NCBI GenBank assembly: GCA_030295235.1
Contig: AP026138.1
Span: 248,001 to 312,000, forward strand
Direction of reading: 5' to 3'
Source of the DNA: Fistulifera solaris
Taxonomy: Eukaryota
DNA: 64,000 bases
Position numbers and translations under genes: made by a program. Below the pieces are notes generated by a model that was given only the letters and a program-made list of their open reading frames with translations, ran no database searches and was not told where the DNA came from. Of the stretch, positions 50,185 to 63,238 are shown one piece after another. The stretch's first letter is position 1, and the number at the start of each line of letters is the position of its first letter.

Positions 50185-53098
50185 TCAACGGTTGCTTTTC
50201 TTCAATCCCCCCAAAACTATTTTCATCGAGCTGGATTTCTTTTTCACTAGCAGATTCAAGTCCCTGCATGCAAACTGCTTTCGTAGAACTCCGTTGAACC
50301 CTGTTGGTGGTTGCACGACGGATGATAGGTCAAGTGGGTCGGGAATCTCCCAGTCACACAAGAGAAACACATTCCTTTGTTCATTGACGCGATTCTTGCT
50401 TTCCCAGTCACGAAAGTCGGCGATACACTTCGATGCTGTGACACCCGATAGGTCTTCATCGATAAGAACAGCATCCCAGTTGCGCATCTTCAATAACCGA
50501 ATCGCATCTTGACCACTGTCTATGGAAACGACTTTCCAGCCTGTAGACTCTAACACCTTAACCGCGTCGGTCGTCATGGGCGATTCGCTGTCCACTGCAA
50601 TAAGACATACCGGCAACGATGGGCTGACTTTCTGTTCTCCGTCTGTTTTGGGCCTTTTATTTGTACTTGCGGTAGTTTTGCTCTTTTCAAAAGCGCGCTT
50701 AGCAGAATTTTTTACGTCGTTCGTCGGCGCGGGGCCATCTAGATGAGCTGACTGGCTACTTTCCTTCTTTGTTTCCTTTCGGCGTTGCGTCTCCGATTCC
50801 GTGGATAGCCCGTCCACGAGCCTGGTACTTGCTATAACTGCTTCACAATCTTGCAATTCAATCAATGTTTTGATGCTGATCGGCTTCGGCCGAAAATCGT
50901 CCATTCCGGCGTCGATTCCCTGATCGCTGTCTTTCACACTCACATGGGCACTTATACCAATTATTGGCTGTCGGTGAGTTGGGCGATTCTCCTTTTCCCA
51001 CTCTCGATATTGCTTGACACAATCCAACCCATCCATAACGGGCATCAGAAAGTCACAGAGAACCATATCAAACATCGTTTCTTTCATCGCTTCCAAACCC
51101 TCCAATCCGTTGACTGCCTGCTTCACTTCGTCGTATCCCAGCTTACTAAGAGCGCGCACCAGGCCTTTCCTAACCACAAGACTGTCTTCGATTACTAATG
51201 CTCGCTTTTGACGAGGGCCGGAATCGGTTTGTTCGGGAGCGGCGCAGGCTGGTGTTGGGATTGGATCAATCGCGGACTTCCTTGGAGGAACCATGTTCAC
51301 GTTCCGAACGAACAAAGAAGGCATTCCATCGCTATGCGGTTTTGCCTGTGCATACTCCATATCGAATACGGCATTAGCATAGCTTTCAGCCGGGCGATGG
51401 TATTGCATTTGAGTTCCAAAAGAATGCCACGATGCTGCTCTTGGTGCTGCCACACCGACTGCTGGTACCATTCCTCGTCGCGCGTAAAATGATGGTTCCG
51501 GATCTTGTGCTGAATACAAGCTGTTGTGTGATGAATATATGCTGCTATTGCTTCCACTCCGTAGCATTAATGGAACAAAAAGTTATGATTTGAAGAGGCA
51601 CGCTTGGTTCGCTTACGAGATGCAACGAAACTGCGACTGCTGTTGGAACCACTTTTTCGTAACCCACCGTTCTTGAGGCGTACACTATGCACGTCTTGTT
51701 CGAGATCAAGGTCTGAGAAATCTTCGTTGAGATGAAGAGAAAAGGAAAAAACGCTTCCGTTTTTCGGCTTGCCGTCATCGTCGGTTAGTGACATGCTTCG
51801 TGGTCTAAAATTGTATTCTCCGTCCATTGACTTAATTAAACTCGCCACACTACTCAGGGCTAAGAGCAAAGCGTGGTGCTCATCCTTGTCGGAGGGGCTG
51901 TTGGTGGCTTGAAAGAGATACGGGTAAAGTTCGACGGGTACATCGGGCGCAGTATCCTCGCACTCAAAAACAAGCAATGTCTTCTCGAAATCATCGGTGC
52001 ATTCTTTGAGGAAAATACGCAAATGAACGCTGCCCCGTTGTGTTCTTTCAGTGGCACTGGATAGCAAGTTCAGCGCAGCGCGGAATAACCTCAGATCATC
52101 GCAGCGGATCGTAGCTGGAACGGCAGGATCGAGTGATATAACCAAGGGAACTGACTTCGGGATGGGCTCCATGATAAGCTTGAGATTCTTCACTAAATCC
52201 ACTATGTTGGTGAGTGACGCAGCACCTTTCGTTTGTGAATCAGCGAGAGGACTGGCCAAGTCTATTTTATCATGTGAAAGTGTTTGTTGACGCAAACTGT
52301 CAATGGCCGTTTCACAAATACGTATTGTCAAGTCGGAACACGAAGTTGCTGTTGTCAATAGTTCCATTTGGTGATCATTCAGTAAAGAACACACTTGTTC
52401 GTCGTCGGCTAATAGAGATAGCGATAGCTGAACTCCCGACAAGGGAGTCATGAGATCATGAGCAGCATATGCAATTAGTTTTGCAGGGTCTTCTTTATGA
52501 ATGTGTTGCTGAAGTCGCCGTTGATCGACGACGGCTTGGATCGCAATAGCCGCTAGATCCGCCAGATGCTCGACTTGTGAATCCATTAGCAAATGTTCCC
52601 GAGGGTTTGGATCCATAAGACAAAAAGTGCCGAGCTGCATTGGTGAAGAAAAAGAACACGTGTCAGGAGAAGAACGGACGAAACGCGAGCGCTGTTTCAG
52701 ATACCTACTTTGTATCCTTCGGGTGATATCAGGGCCGCAGCTGCGTAGAAGCCTACATCCGTTCTCCCGGAATACTCAGGATGCTCGGCGACATTCTTTA
52801 ATTGTAGCGTGTTGAGAGTTGGGGACTGCACAAGATACGTGCAGATGGGAAGCGCTGTCATGGGTCTAGCCTTATCGTGCCGTGCTAAAAAATACTGCTT
52901 GCCGAGATCAACCAAAGATATCACAGCAGTAGACACGTCAAACATTCGAGTCGCAAGTTGCACCATTCTTTCTAAATGCGGATGATGATCGATATCCAGG
53001 TAGCTCTTCATCACTTTGAGGCGATGCAGCTCATCTTTCATCGACTGAACTCCTCCTTCCCCTTCCCCGTCAGCTTTTGAGATATTTGAGTTACTCAT
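50185..53098 (-). CDS. Hybrid histidine kinase-like protein: GAF-HisKA-degenerate HATPase-REC-REC
   Basis: GAF (RL....SY..LERMVQLATRMFDVSTAVISLVD..FYAAAALISPEGYKLGTFCLMD across intron 52635-52708); H-box AAHDLMTPL; REC1 VIEDS..LCDFLMPVMDG..ISAH..KP; second REC. Frameshift near 51580. Confidence 0.88.
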
Positions 53099-53892
53099 CC
53101 TTTTTCTGTGTCGGTTTCATGTTTCCTTCCGTTTACAATTGGATTATAATGTCGACCTTTCACGTCATTTGAGTTTTGAGGTCGGCTCTATCGTCGCCTG
53201 AGCACCTTTTGTCTTTCGGAGAAGAATGAGCGGGTCGAAGAAAGGACCGCCGCCCTGTCTTTGAGGAAAGGGAGCTTGAAGCGGTATTGGTCGTATACGT
53301 CCGAAAAGTAAAGAGGGCATTTGGCCTAAACCAACTTACTGAGGAAATGACTGTGAACTAAAATTGGTCAATCTACTCTTCACGAAATAGTAAGGTATTA
53401 ACCCCCGGAGTCATAACTACTCTTCAGGCCAAAGCAAAAAATCCCAAATAATAAGAGTAACAAATAAAGAGTACAGAGTTACTCCGTACTCCGTACCTGG
53501 AACTCGTTTGAAGAAGCTAAAAACTAAAAACACTCTAATCTGTAATCTTCATCGTTTATCGTTTATCGCTTACCTTTATCGAACTTCAAGTTGAAGTTTT
53601 GGTTAAGCACTACAGTACGTAGTATACAGTACTGCGAGACAAGCGACAAGCGAATACAGTAAACCTTACAGTGCCAGGTACAGGTACGTACTTTGTACTT
53701 TGTACTTACGTAGTAAGTAAACGTAGTAGTAATGCAAAAAAATGGGGGAGTTTTGAGTTTTGAGTTCGGAGTTCGGATTGTGACGTTGTGACTTATGACT
53801 GCTGACATCAGTCACGGATAATTGCCTTATATTTTATAATTTATTTGATGTTCGTACTCTTATTCTCTACAAACAAATACCATTTTTGTAAT

Positions 53893-53922
53893 AACGCGAA
53901 ACGCGAAACGCGAAACGCGAAA
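53893..53922. repeat. (AACGCGA)x4 heptamer tandem repeat
   Basis: Four perfect copies plus AA. Confidence 0.9.
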
Positions 53923-54303
53923 TCGGGAAAACTTCAACATCGTAAAATCATGCGAAAACACGAAAAGCGAAACAAAAAAAATAAATTTGCCAACGTGCGT
54001 CATACTGTAGCTTCTAAAGGCTGGCGTGTCGTCCTATCGTGTCAATTTCATTATTACAAGTACTCCGTATTATGAATCAAATCATCAATCATCAAGAATC
54101 TAGAATCTAGACTGATGGTCTATAGAGTAGATTCTAGAGAGAGAGCCTATTGAGCAACACTCTTAGACTAGTCTACTAATCTTACTCTTAGAAACTTTTC
54201 CTAAGCACTCTTAATAGTCTAGTTTCGTTGTTTAAAGTCGTGGACATCGGGTTTGCTAACCCAAACACCGAGAACACAGCCGATGTCGAATGACTACAAC
54301 TTA

Positions 54304-55201
54304 CTAATTCTTTCGCAAAAGGGACAGCAGAAGATCCTGTGTCGAAAGCTGCTGCGAAATGGGGTCGATGGGCTGCTGGCCCTGTAAGCGATTAGCCAAC
54401 GCCTGCAACTGCAATTGATTTTGTTGATATCTTAGCTGTTGATCGAGTTGTAGTTGGTTGATGGCATTGTGCTGCTGACGTAGATTCATAACCATGATGC
54501 TATTTGACTGCTGCTCGTGCAATTGTCGTAGAAGCGCTTCGTTTTGCAGCTGCTGAAGGGTGACGTCGTTCGAAACCATGCCGATGTTAGCGAGCTGGAC
54601 CGGAGGAGGGTTAGGTAACCCGGGAAGTCCTACGGGTCGCACAAGGGATTGAAGATCCTGCGAGGCTTCGAAGACTTGCTGAGAAGACACTTGCGTGGTA
54701 TCGGGGCTTACCGTGTCTTCCAAACGATTCGGCAGTGCGCCGTCGAGCGCGGCGCGTCCGATTCTTGTAGAGCGGATAATGCTTTCATTATACTCTTCCA
54801 TAGCTTTACGATATCGTTTGTTATCCTCGCGAGCGATCTCTTCGTACTTGGACCTGTCTTTGAGCGCCTTCCATTTCGAGGCAATGGCGTCTGACATTTG
54901 CAGAAACTTTGACTTGCCACTGAAAATCGAAATAGATTTGAGAAATAGTGGGTGATAAGAATAGCGATTAATTCATGTTTGATCTTACCTTGCGTTTGCT
55001 TGATTATTTCCTTGACCTTTCTCTTCCTCATTCAGCCATCGCAAACGCTCTTCCTTAAAAAAACACGTTGTAAGCGCTCATCGGCCGCTTTGGTAAACCT
55101 TCCCTTTTGACCTTTTTGACTCGATTGGCTTTGGCCGGAGGTTTTTTCTCTGATTTCGATGCATCTAATTGGGGATGCATATCGTCGTTTGTGGCGTTCA
55201 T
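54304..55201 (-). CDS. HMG-box protein with Gln-rich C-terminus (probable transcription factor)
   Basis: PKRPMSAYNVFF-KEER (one extra T in a 7-T run at 55057-55063); intron 54920-54988; then F.QMSDAIASKWKAL..RSKYEEIAREDNKRY..AMEEY. Confidence 0.88.
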
Positions 55202-55853
55202 TATTTCTTTTGTGAGAATTGAGGGCCGCTGACTTGGAAGTAGAAGCGCAGAAAACTTCCTGTTGTGTTGTGTGATTTCGGCCCTGGATAAATAATTGAG
55301 CAGATGTTTGGTTCTCTGAATGGATGGTGTCGTCGATTGTCTTGTTGCAAAAGAATACAGCTCTATGCTGTATGTGCCCGGAATGCTGTAGTCATCTCCT
55401 TTCGAACGATGACGAAGCCGCCGCAGACCTCGTACGTAGCGAGAAGCGTAACGAAAGCAATCAGGTGGCTGTGCGCCGCTCAACGATAGCCTATAATGTA
55501 GGCCCTTGAGATGAAGGCAGTAGGTACTCTGCAGCAGAGTGTAAATAATGACCACCTGTGGTCCGCTCAACACACTTACTTTCTTTAGCATTCTTCCGGA
55601 GTTTGTTATTTAAGGCTATTTTTTCGAACTGCAACAACGTATAATATCATTTCGGATGTCCGATCCTGCGTCAGAACGAAACAGAAATGTTGAAGTTAGC
55701 CGCGAATGCGGTAGAAATTAGGAATCCGGGACTGGTCATTCGTCGTTCCGATTGAAACAATGGTTAATGGTCGTGCTTTGAGCTTTGTGCTTGGAGCTTT
55801 GACGCTTTGACCTTTGACTTTAGCATTTACAGTACCAGAATGAGCTGAGCAAA

Positions 55854-55934
55854 GGAAAGGACGTTAAAATTCTGCCTCTCAGTACAAGTTTCTACGTAGA
55901 GCCTACGGCGAGGCAGAATTTTAACGTCGTTTCC
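55854..55934. repeat. 25-bp inverted repeat (24/25 match) with 31-nt spacer
   Basis: GGAAAGGACGTTAAAATTCTGCCTC (55854-55878) and GAGGCAGAATTTTAACGTCGTTTCC (55910-55934). Confidence 0.9.
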
Positions 55935-56397
55935 AGGCTACAGTAAGAGCTACGCGCTACTTGTAAGCCCAATATTTTAAAACGCATCACCGCTACCGCA
56001 AATGCAATTTGCAATACGAACAATAGCAAAAAAATCTTTGTCTTGCTGTTTTCTACTCCGTGCCCCGTAAATCTTGAATTATGTATTCTCTAGATGATTC
56101 TAGATTCTAGCTAGGTGAAGCTATTTTAGAAAACAACATTCTACATCTATCATCTGTCATCTACTATGTTGTCGTAAAATAGTCAAAAATAATCGATCGT
56201 GCCTGGTTGCTGGTTGATCATCTCTACTAGGTAGTTAGATCGTACAATACATGGTAAATGGTTGCAGCGAGGAGAGCAGAGAGCAAAGTGCAGAGAAACT
56301 CGCTCTCTTTGCACGTGAAAGGGCGCGTTTTATTGTGTCAACCAGTCAACACATCAACACTCGTATCAAAGCACGTCTTATTCTATTTATCCCTTCG

Positions 56398-57808
56398 ATG
56401 CTACCAGGTAAGCGTGCTGATCCTCTCTCTCCTTAGCAGAAGTGCAACTACGAACTATCGTGACGCGTCCTGAGTCACGAGACCTAACCTTATTGGGTTC
56501 TAGACAGGACGAGAGTGTGAACGCGTTTCATTTCGAGCGCGGAGACGAGGACGAGATAAAGCGGATAGCTAAGCAATACCCATCGTTCTTCTTGTATTCC
56601 TTCATTCATTGTTCTCTACGTCATATTTTTCCTCAGTTCAAATGAAGGTTTCCTGGGCGAATCAGTTTGAAGCGAAACTAGCAACGTTGGGACCGTTGTC
56701 TTCGAAGGAAACGATTTTGACTGTCGCGCAATGGGTAGCGTTCAATCGCAAACGCATCAGCCATTTCGTTCCCGTCCTTGAAGACCAATTACGCAAACAA
56801 CCAGATCTTGCACTCAACTTGATGCACGAGATTTTGCTAATGTATCAGAATACGGGTCGATGGGAAAGTATGGAGGAAGTTCGAGTGGCGTTGGGGGATC
56901 AAGTTCTCTTGAAGAATGTACCGTCGCATATTCCCGCCGAAAAATTAGCCGCGTGGGACGATTTGAATGTGTTCGGTAATCCCATGATAGTCAATCAATT
57001 GCGAAAGAAAATGAAAGAAAAAGAAGCGAGTCTTTCCGCCGCTGACTCTTCCCAGGAAGTGAATTTAGGGGACACGGCGACGCCCGCATCTCCTCAAGTA
57101 GTCAAAGCTGCTGCGCCGATTGTTGCAAAAGAAAGTCCATTACCAGAAACAGCATCTGCTTTAGCATCGACTGCAGATCACGTTGCAAAGGAGAGTAAGC
57201 GCGAAGAAGTAGTCTATGATTTCGAAAGTTCCGGTATCCCCGCGTCCGCGGTCGATGCTACGCAATTCCAAGAACCTTGTCGAAAGATTGTGACTCTCCA
57301 GATTGCTCGAGATCTCCGCAATGACAGTGCGGTGCAATTGTCATCCGCATTGTCGGGTATGCCGGAAGATATCCGCTCGGCATGTGCAAAAGCTGCGGAA
57401 GACCCTGAGTATACTATCGATGCGGCTACCGCCAAACACTTTTCGATGCGCATCAGCAACACGTTGCTCGACACAAATCTCGAAGAACAACTTGAGAACA
57501 TCAAAGTATTCCGCGGTGTCGTTGATTCCCAGCGACAAGCCCGCAGTGAACTCATCCGACTACTCGTTCAGTCTCGCTGCAATTTCGGGGCAGATGATGC
57601 GGCAAAGGCCTTTTATCAAGCGGATCGCGCCAAAGCGGACTTGCAGCATCGAAAAATAATATTACTGGATGCCATGGAACTCGAAGGTTTGGATGTGGGT
57701 GTGGACGAGCAGGGCGATCAAGCCCCGACGAGTGATCTAGCTCCGTTGGATTGGTACAAGGCTTCCGACGATGAACCGCCTGTCAAGAGAGTAAAAGTGG
57801 ATTTTTAA
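56398..57808 (+). CDS. RNA polymerase II CTD-interacting domain (CID) protein, RPRD1/Rtt103-like
   Basis: FEAKLATL..SKETILTVAQWVAFNRK..LNLMHEIL..W...NVF CID pattern and a C-terminal coiled coil. A probable 10-nt first exon (ATGCTACCAG) plus intron 56408-56636 splices in frame to ATG 56642. Confidence 0.65.
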
Positions 57809-58094
57809 ATCGCTGTAGTCTGTTCTTTAATTTTTCGCGTTGTTGACTGGTTTTTAGTTGTTGCCTATGACGTTGCTAGATTAATTAATTCTGAGGGCCG
57901 TCGCGCTAGTGCTAAACATAGCTATGTCTGTCCGTAGTACGTCGTGACGCCGAGCCGCATAATAACTCGCAGAGACAAGTTTCTCGGCCATTTTGTTTGT
58001 TGCTATAGTATATATTCAACAAACCCAATCCATTAACTATCTTCTTCTGTTCATTAGACATTTTGTTCTTGTATCGACTGCTTAAAGTGCCCGG

Positions 58095-58905
58095 ATGAGG
58101 ATAACGGCGGAGTTACTGGCTCAAGCCGAACAGAGAACGAATCCTCTGGGAGAACGTGAACTCGTGCTGCAGGGGCTGGGTATCCCTGCAATAGAAAATG
58201 CAGCGGCCACCAGAGATGCTTTTGATTGCTGGGACATTTCGAACAATAGAATAGCAAGGCTTGACAACTTTCCGAAACTAACAAGGCTGAGTAATCTCCT
58301 CTGTTCCGGTAACCTTATCGAATCAATCGACGCAAAAAACCTGGCTTCCAATCTGCCAAATATCAAATACTTGACTCTCTCTTTCAACAACATCTCTTCG
58401 CTAGCAGAAATAGCTAATCTTGGGAAAGCGTTGCCGAAACTTGAATACCTTGATTTGGGGGGAAATCCTGTTACACGTAAGTCATTGTTGCGAGTGATTT
58501 ACCTATTTGCATTTTGCTCGATGCTTTACTTACCCGTTCGTATCTTTTTCTCTGAAAAGGGCGTCAATATTATCGGTTATACGCAATCAACAATCTGCCA
58601 TCACTGAGAGTCCTTGATTTTGTTAAAATTAAGCCGCCGGAGCGAGATCGAGCACGGCGACTTGCGAGCAGTGCCGCGGGGGCCGCACTCGAGAGTGATG
58701 TACAATCGGATCGAGCCAAAACGTTTGAACCTGGGGAAGGAATGGGCGGTAAATCCTTTGTAGCCGCCAATTTTACAGCCGAGCAAAAGATAAAATTCGC
58801 GACTTACTTGCCAAGGCGTCGTCGGTACAAGAAGTGGAAGAGATTGAAAGCGCTGTTCGACGGGGAGTTTTGCCTGCAGCATTACAACATCTTGCGAGTA
58901 GATAA
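58095..58905 (+). CDS. SNRPA1: U2 snRNP protein A'
   Basis: MRITAELL..A..TNPLGERELVLQGLGIPAIEN; LRRs; GNPV; intron 58477-58559; YRLY.I..LPSLRVLDF. One A missing near 58790 restores ..ASSVQEVEEIESAVRRG. Confidence 0.93.
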
Positions 58906-59179
58906 TAGCATCATGATTTACGAGAAGTTTGCCCTTATAAATATTTGGAGATACACTTGTGTCAGATTGATAAGGCAACATCTATCTATATTAACTGAAA
59001 GAAGATCGTCTCGGCCTTTGACTACAAAAGGCAGCCACAAACTTATTTCTGATAATAATCACTCGTTTTAGAACCTTAACAAACTGGGAAGGTCTATAGT
59101 TGCGATGCAAAAAAATATACGGAGTATATCATAAAAAAAAAGGTAGAGGTCTAAATATTGCTGTTAGCTTTTGCAAAAA

Positions 59180-59261
59180 CGACATCGACAGGACTCGAAC
59201 CTGCGCGGGTGAAACCCAAATGATTTCGAATCATTCTCCTTAACCACTCGGACACGATGTC
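59180..59261 (-). tRNA. tRNA-Ser(CGA)
   Basis: Acceptor stem GACATCG/CGATGTC; anticodon arm AATGA-TT CGA AA-TCATT; long variable arm GGGT-TTC-ACCC; T arm GCAGG-TTCGAGT-CCTGT; discriminator G. Confidence 0.95.
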
Positions 59262-59419
59262 TCATCCCTATGTGGTAGTTGCATCATACACAACCCGTAC
59301 GTTGGAATACTACTTAACCGATGAAAAAACATGTCTTGAATCTAGTCTAGGATCAATGCATTGATTGATAAAAGGTAATTGACTACTTTGTAGATGGTGA
59401 TTATAGTCATTGGTATGAT

Positions 59420-62400
59420 CTATACTTCCGTTAGGTCAGGCTGATCAGTGAGCTGAGTCATCATGTCCGAGAGACTGTACTTCGTGTTCTGGAAAACCTT
59501 ACGGAACAGTGGTTCAAGAGCGGTATACTTGCTATGGGGTTGTTGGATATTGTTGTGCATAATTTGGCATATTTTCGCCAGACGCACAATGCGATTCTTG
59601 AGTTCGTTACGGCGGTCAGTATCTTGATCCTCTGTAAAGCCCTTTTGTTTCGAAACAAGCATCTCGTATACGCCTTTATCCAACGGCGGACCGATGTCAC
59701 CTTCTTCCGATGCAGCAGGGAGAACCAAAACGACTTTAGCTTTCTCTTCATTAGGCAAGTCGAGGCTATTTAGGAGTTCTGTATGACTGTGAAGAATCTT
59801 CTCCGTTTCCAACCATAGTTCCTTGGCATCTTCGTTCGTAGCTTTGCCGTCAGCGACGTCAATACGGATGAGTTGCTGAAGACTCGTGTCTCCCTCTTTG
59901 GCTGGGCAGCGGTCGACGGCGTGCAACAAAACGGTGAGGAACTCATTCTGAGTCGAGTCACTTTCCTTGTAACTCTTCGTCTTGTTGAAGCAGAATCTCA
60001 AGTACATGAGCTCAAGCAGAGCAGTGAGATAGATGCCTTCTGGCAAAAAATCGTGCATTTCCCAAATCGCTGACAACACATTGTGATCCATCGCAAGACG
60101 ATTGTCCTCATCGATGTAACCAAGTTGAACCAAGAAATTGCGAGAAAGTTCAAAGTAGTCCTCGTAGATCTTCGTTTTATTGCAAAACTCTTCGAGAGTT
60201 GTCCCGCACATCCAACGCATCTGTTCCTCAGTAACGGTAGGAAAGATGTTCTTCGTCTTCTTCATTCTTCTTAGGGCAGTGGCGAAGGGTGAGGGTGCGG
60301 ACGCATCGTCGGTGTCGTGAATGAAATGCTTCGTGTCGTCGGGATCATTCGATGCAGCGAGTGCTTGTTGAAGACACATGGTAGGGTAACGGGGTTCCTT
60401 GCCAGTGACGATGCTGATCTGACCGAGCATAAGGTTTTCGATATAAGGCCAGTCCATACCGAGATAGATAATGTTTCCTTGGACATCCAAACCACGGCGA
60501 CCGGCGCGCCCTTGCATCTGCTGAGCAATAAGTGGCGTCAAATCGTCACCCATGTCACCACAGAAGATGCAGGAACGGAAGGGCATATTGACTCCATAAG
60601 CAAGGGCGTCATCTGAGAAGACTACCGCCAAACGACCTTTCTGGGCAAGCATTTGCACTTGTCGGCGATAGCAAGAGAAACCAATTTCATTCGTGTAAAT
60701 AGCGATACCTCGGCGCAAACCACGAATCAGAGCATGATTGACATCAACATTCTCTCCAGCCTTCTTCATATCGGCTATGATGCCCTCTATTTCGTTGTAG
60801 CTCAATCTCTTTCCTGCAGCAGCGTAGACGTACTTGTCATGGGGCTTCGTGGTATCTTCTTGGATGAGCGATTCGTCGACGAACCCAGCCTTGGCTTCTT
60901 CTTCGGCTTCAGCGGCGTTCTCGCGGCTGGCTTTTCCCGCGGCAACCTTTCGCATGTGTGCTTTCTCCCTTGCAACTTTGATCAAGTCCTTACGGTAATT
61001 CGGGAACTCGATCATCTGTTCACTTTCCAAGCGCGCTAAAAGAGTCTTGAACATATTGAAAGCACCGTACGTGTTCAGCTGGAAAGCAACAGCCGGAAGC
61101 AGGTCGCTCTGCTTCAGCTGGTCGACGACGCCGTAGATCGTATCGCTAACGTCGGTTTTCGCAGTCAATGGCGGAGGAAGCTGGGCTTTCTGTAAACGCG
61201 CATAGAGATCCGGATGGGACTGAGAAAGCTGCGTCAATCGCTTTTTGAGATGCACCTCGTAATCCTTGGTTTGGCCTAAAGTGACGCGCTTGCTTTCGCT
61301 CACGCGCTGAGCGAAAAAGTTATCCGGGTCGTCAAGCTCCTCCAAAACCGTCGATGGAAAGATGGCTCTCATTCGTTTCCACAAATCCATGAGATCCGTG
61401 GGGGTCATGCTCAAGGACTCGATAAGCTCGGGTTGCTCCCGAAGGCGATCAGGCGTCATTGCAGCAAGAGGATGAAGTTTCACGAGCTTCTCCTTCACCT
61501 TTCCGTCTTTTCCTTCGGCTTCCACCACAACATATCTCTGCAAGTTAATGAATCTAGCGAAATGCTCTGTGAGTAGAACATCGGCCTTGACCGGGCCATC
61601 GATAACAGTTGCCTCCAAATGCTGTTGTCGAACCGACTCAAACCAGTCTTTCAACTGGGTGGCATTTCCAATGGTAGCACTCAACGCCAAAACGGGACAG
61701 TTGCAAGCCTTGATGATACGCTGTAATGCATCGCCTTCTGGTCCGTTGAGGGTGTGCACTTCATCCAAGACGAGATACTCGAACTGGTTGTATCCACCGT
61801 CCAAGACCATGAACTCTCGTTCTCCTTTCGTCATTTCCTCACCGGCAGCACCGCGTACTTTGCTGAGACTCTTTTCGAGAGCCTTGGGGGTACCAATGTA
61901 GACTTGCGCTTCGCCAGTAACTTCCTGGAACGTAATGAGGTCGGTACAAACTGTCACATTACCCTTAAAGAATTGGTAGTAGGTGGATGCGACCTGCCAG
62001 ACAAGAACCTCACTGGGTAAGACGAAAAGAACGGTGCCTTTCGCATTCTTACAGGTGTAAGTACTAAGAAGCGTCTTTCCCGAAGAGGTAGGAGCGCAAA
62101 CGACAGCCGACTTGCGTTCATCAATGGCCTCCAAAACATTGCACTGCCAGTCTTCAAGCTGGAAACGACGATTATACTTGGAAAGAGGGGGGAAGACGAT
62201 CGGGCATATCCGTGAGCTGGAACGAAATCAGACTTTCCTTGCCATTCATAATCTTGCGGGCGTACTTGAGAGAATCTTTGTAACTACCACGAGCGTCTCC
62301 TCCGTCCTTGTAAAGACTCTTCAGAGTCTGCGCTTCATGGCTAAGCACCACCTTGGTGGGTTCCTTCGTGTCTTTTTCCTTCTTATCTTTCTTACTGCTC

Positions 62401-63238
62401 TTCTTGGGATCCTTCTTGTCCTTCTTAGAATCTTTCTTATCTTGATCTTTGGCTTCTTTCTTGGCCGCCTTATCCAAATTGACTTCGTCATCGGCACTTT
62501 TAAACGAAGGCATTTCTTCCAAGGCCCACAAGATATCCAAAATCTCCGCTTCACTGGAGTTAACGGATCCCTGCTGGTGATCACAGACCGCCAAATGCAA
62601 CATCTTGATCATGCGATGAATCTTTCCCGACGTCGTCTCGCACTGCGTTTCCTGTAATGCCTTGAGTGTCTTGAGGTTGGATAGTTTTTGCAAATCACGT
62701 TCCAAATCTTTCTTGTGTTTTTCCGCCGCATTGGACTCTTTGATGGACTCGGCGGCCGATTTCTTCTTTTCGACACCCTTCTTATTTCCCGCCTTTTTCT
62801 TCAAATCTTCCTCAATCTTCTCTTCGGCGGGCACGGACCGACGGCGTTCCTTTTCTTCTTCCCATTTGCGGGCCGGATCGAAGATGGAGCCTTCCGGCGG
62901 AGCCATATCACGAAGAATGATAGGAATCGAAGATCTTTGTTTGATGGTGGTAATCGCTTTGCGCGTTTCCTTATCGAATACCTAAAAGAAAGCATGGGTA
63001 AGTGAAACGTTGCGCTTTGAAGCGATATACGGAGCAACATTCGTTTTTGATTCTGACTCACCTTCGCGTATCCATCTCGATACATCAAAGACTGGCGATC
63101 AATAAAGAAAAGATCAAAGGTACGGATATTGAAAATGAGCTCCGCATCATCCACCGGGGCGGAGGAAGCCCCCGTGGTCACGGCATTTGCATTGTTGGCA
63201 TTCGTTTGCCTCTGATGAGGCTGAGGAACCAAGGACAT
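59420..63238 (-). CDS. Ski2-like DExH RNA helicase, DDX60-like
   Basis: F.LEDWQ Q-motif; APTSSGKT; DEVH; LSATIGN; HPL; LAYGVNMPFRS; QMQGRAGRRG. Intron 62982-63061; frameshift near 62185. Confidence 0.85.

Noticed and set aside
54243..54287. Small hairpin (GACATCGG...CCGATGTC) downstream of the HMG gene as a SECIS element or terminator
   Set aside because: Only an 8-bp stem, no SECIS core, and no selenoprotein nearby.
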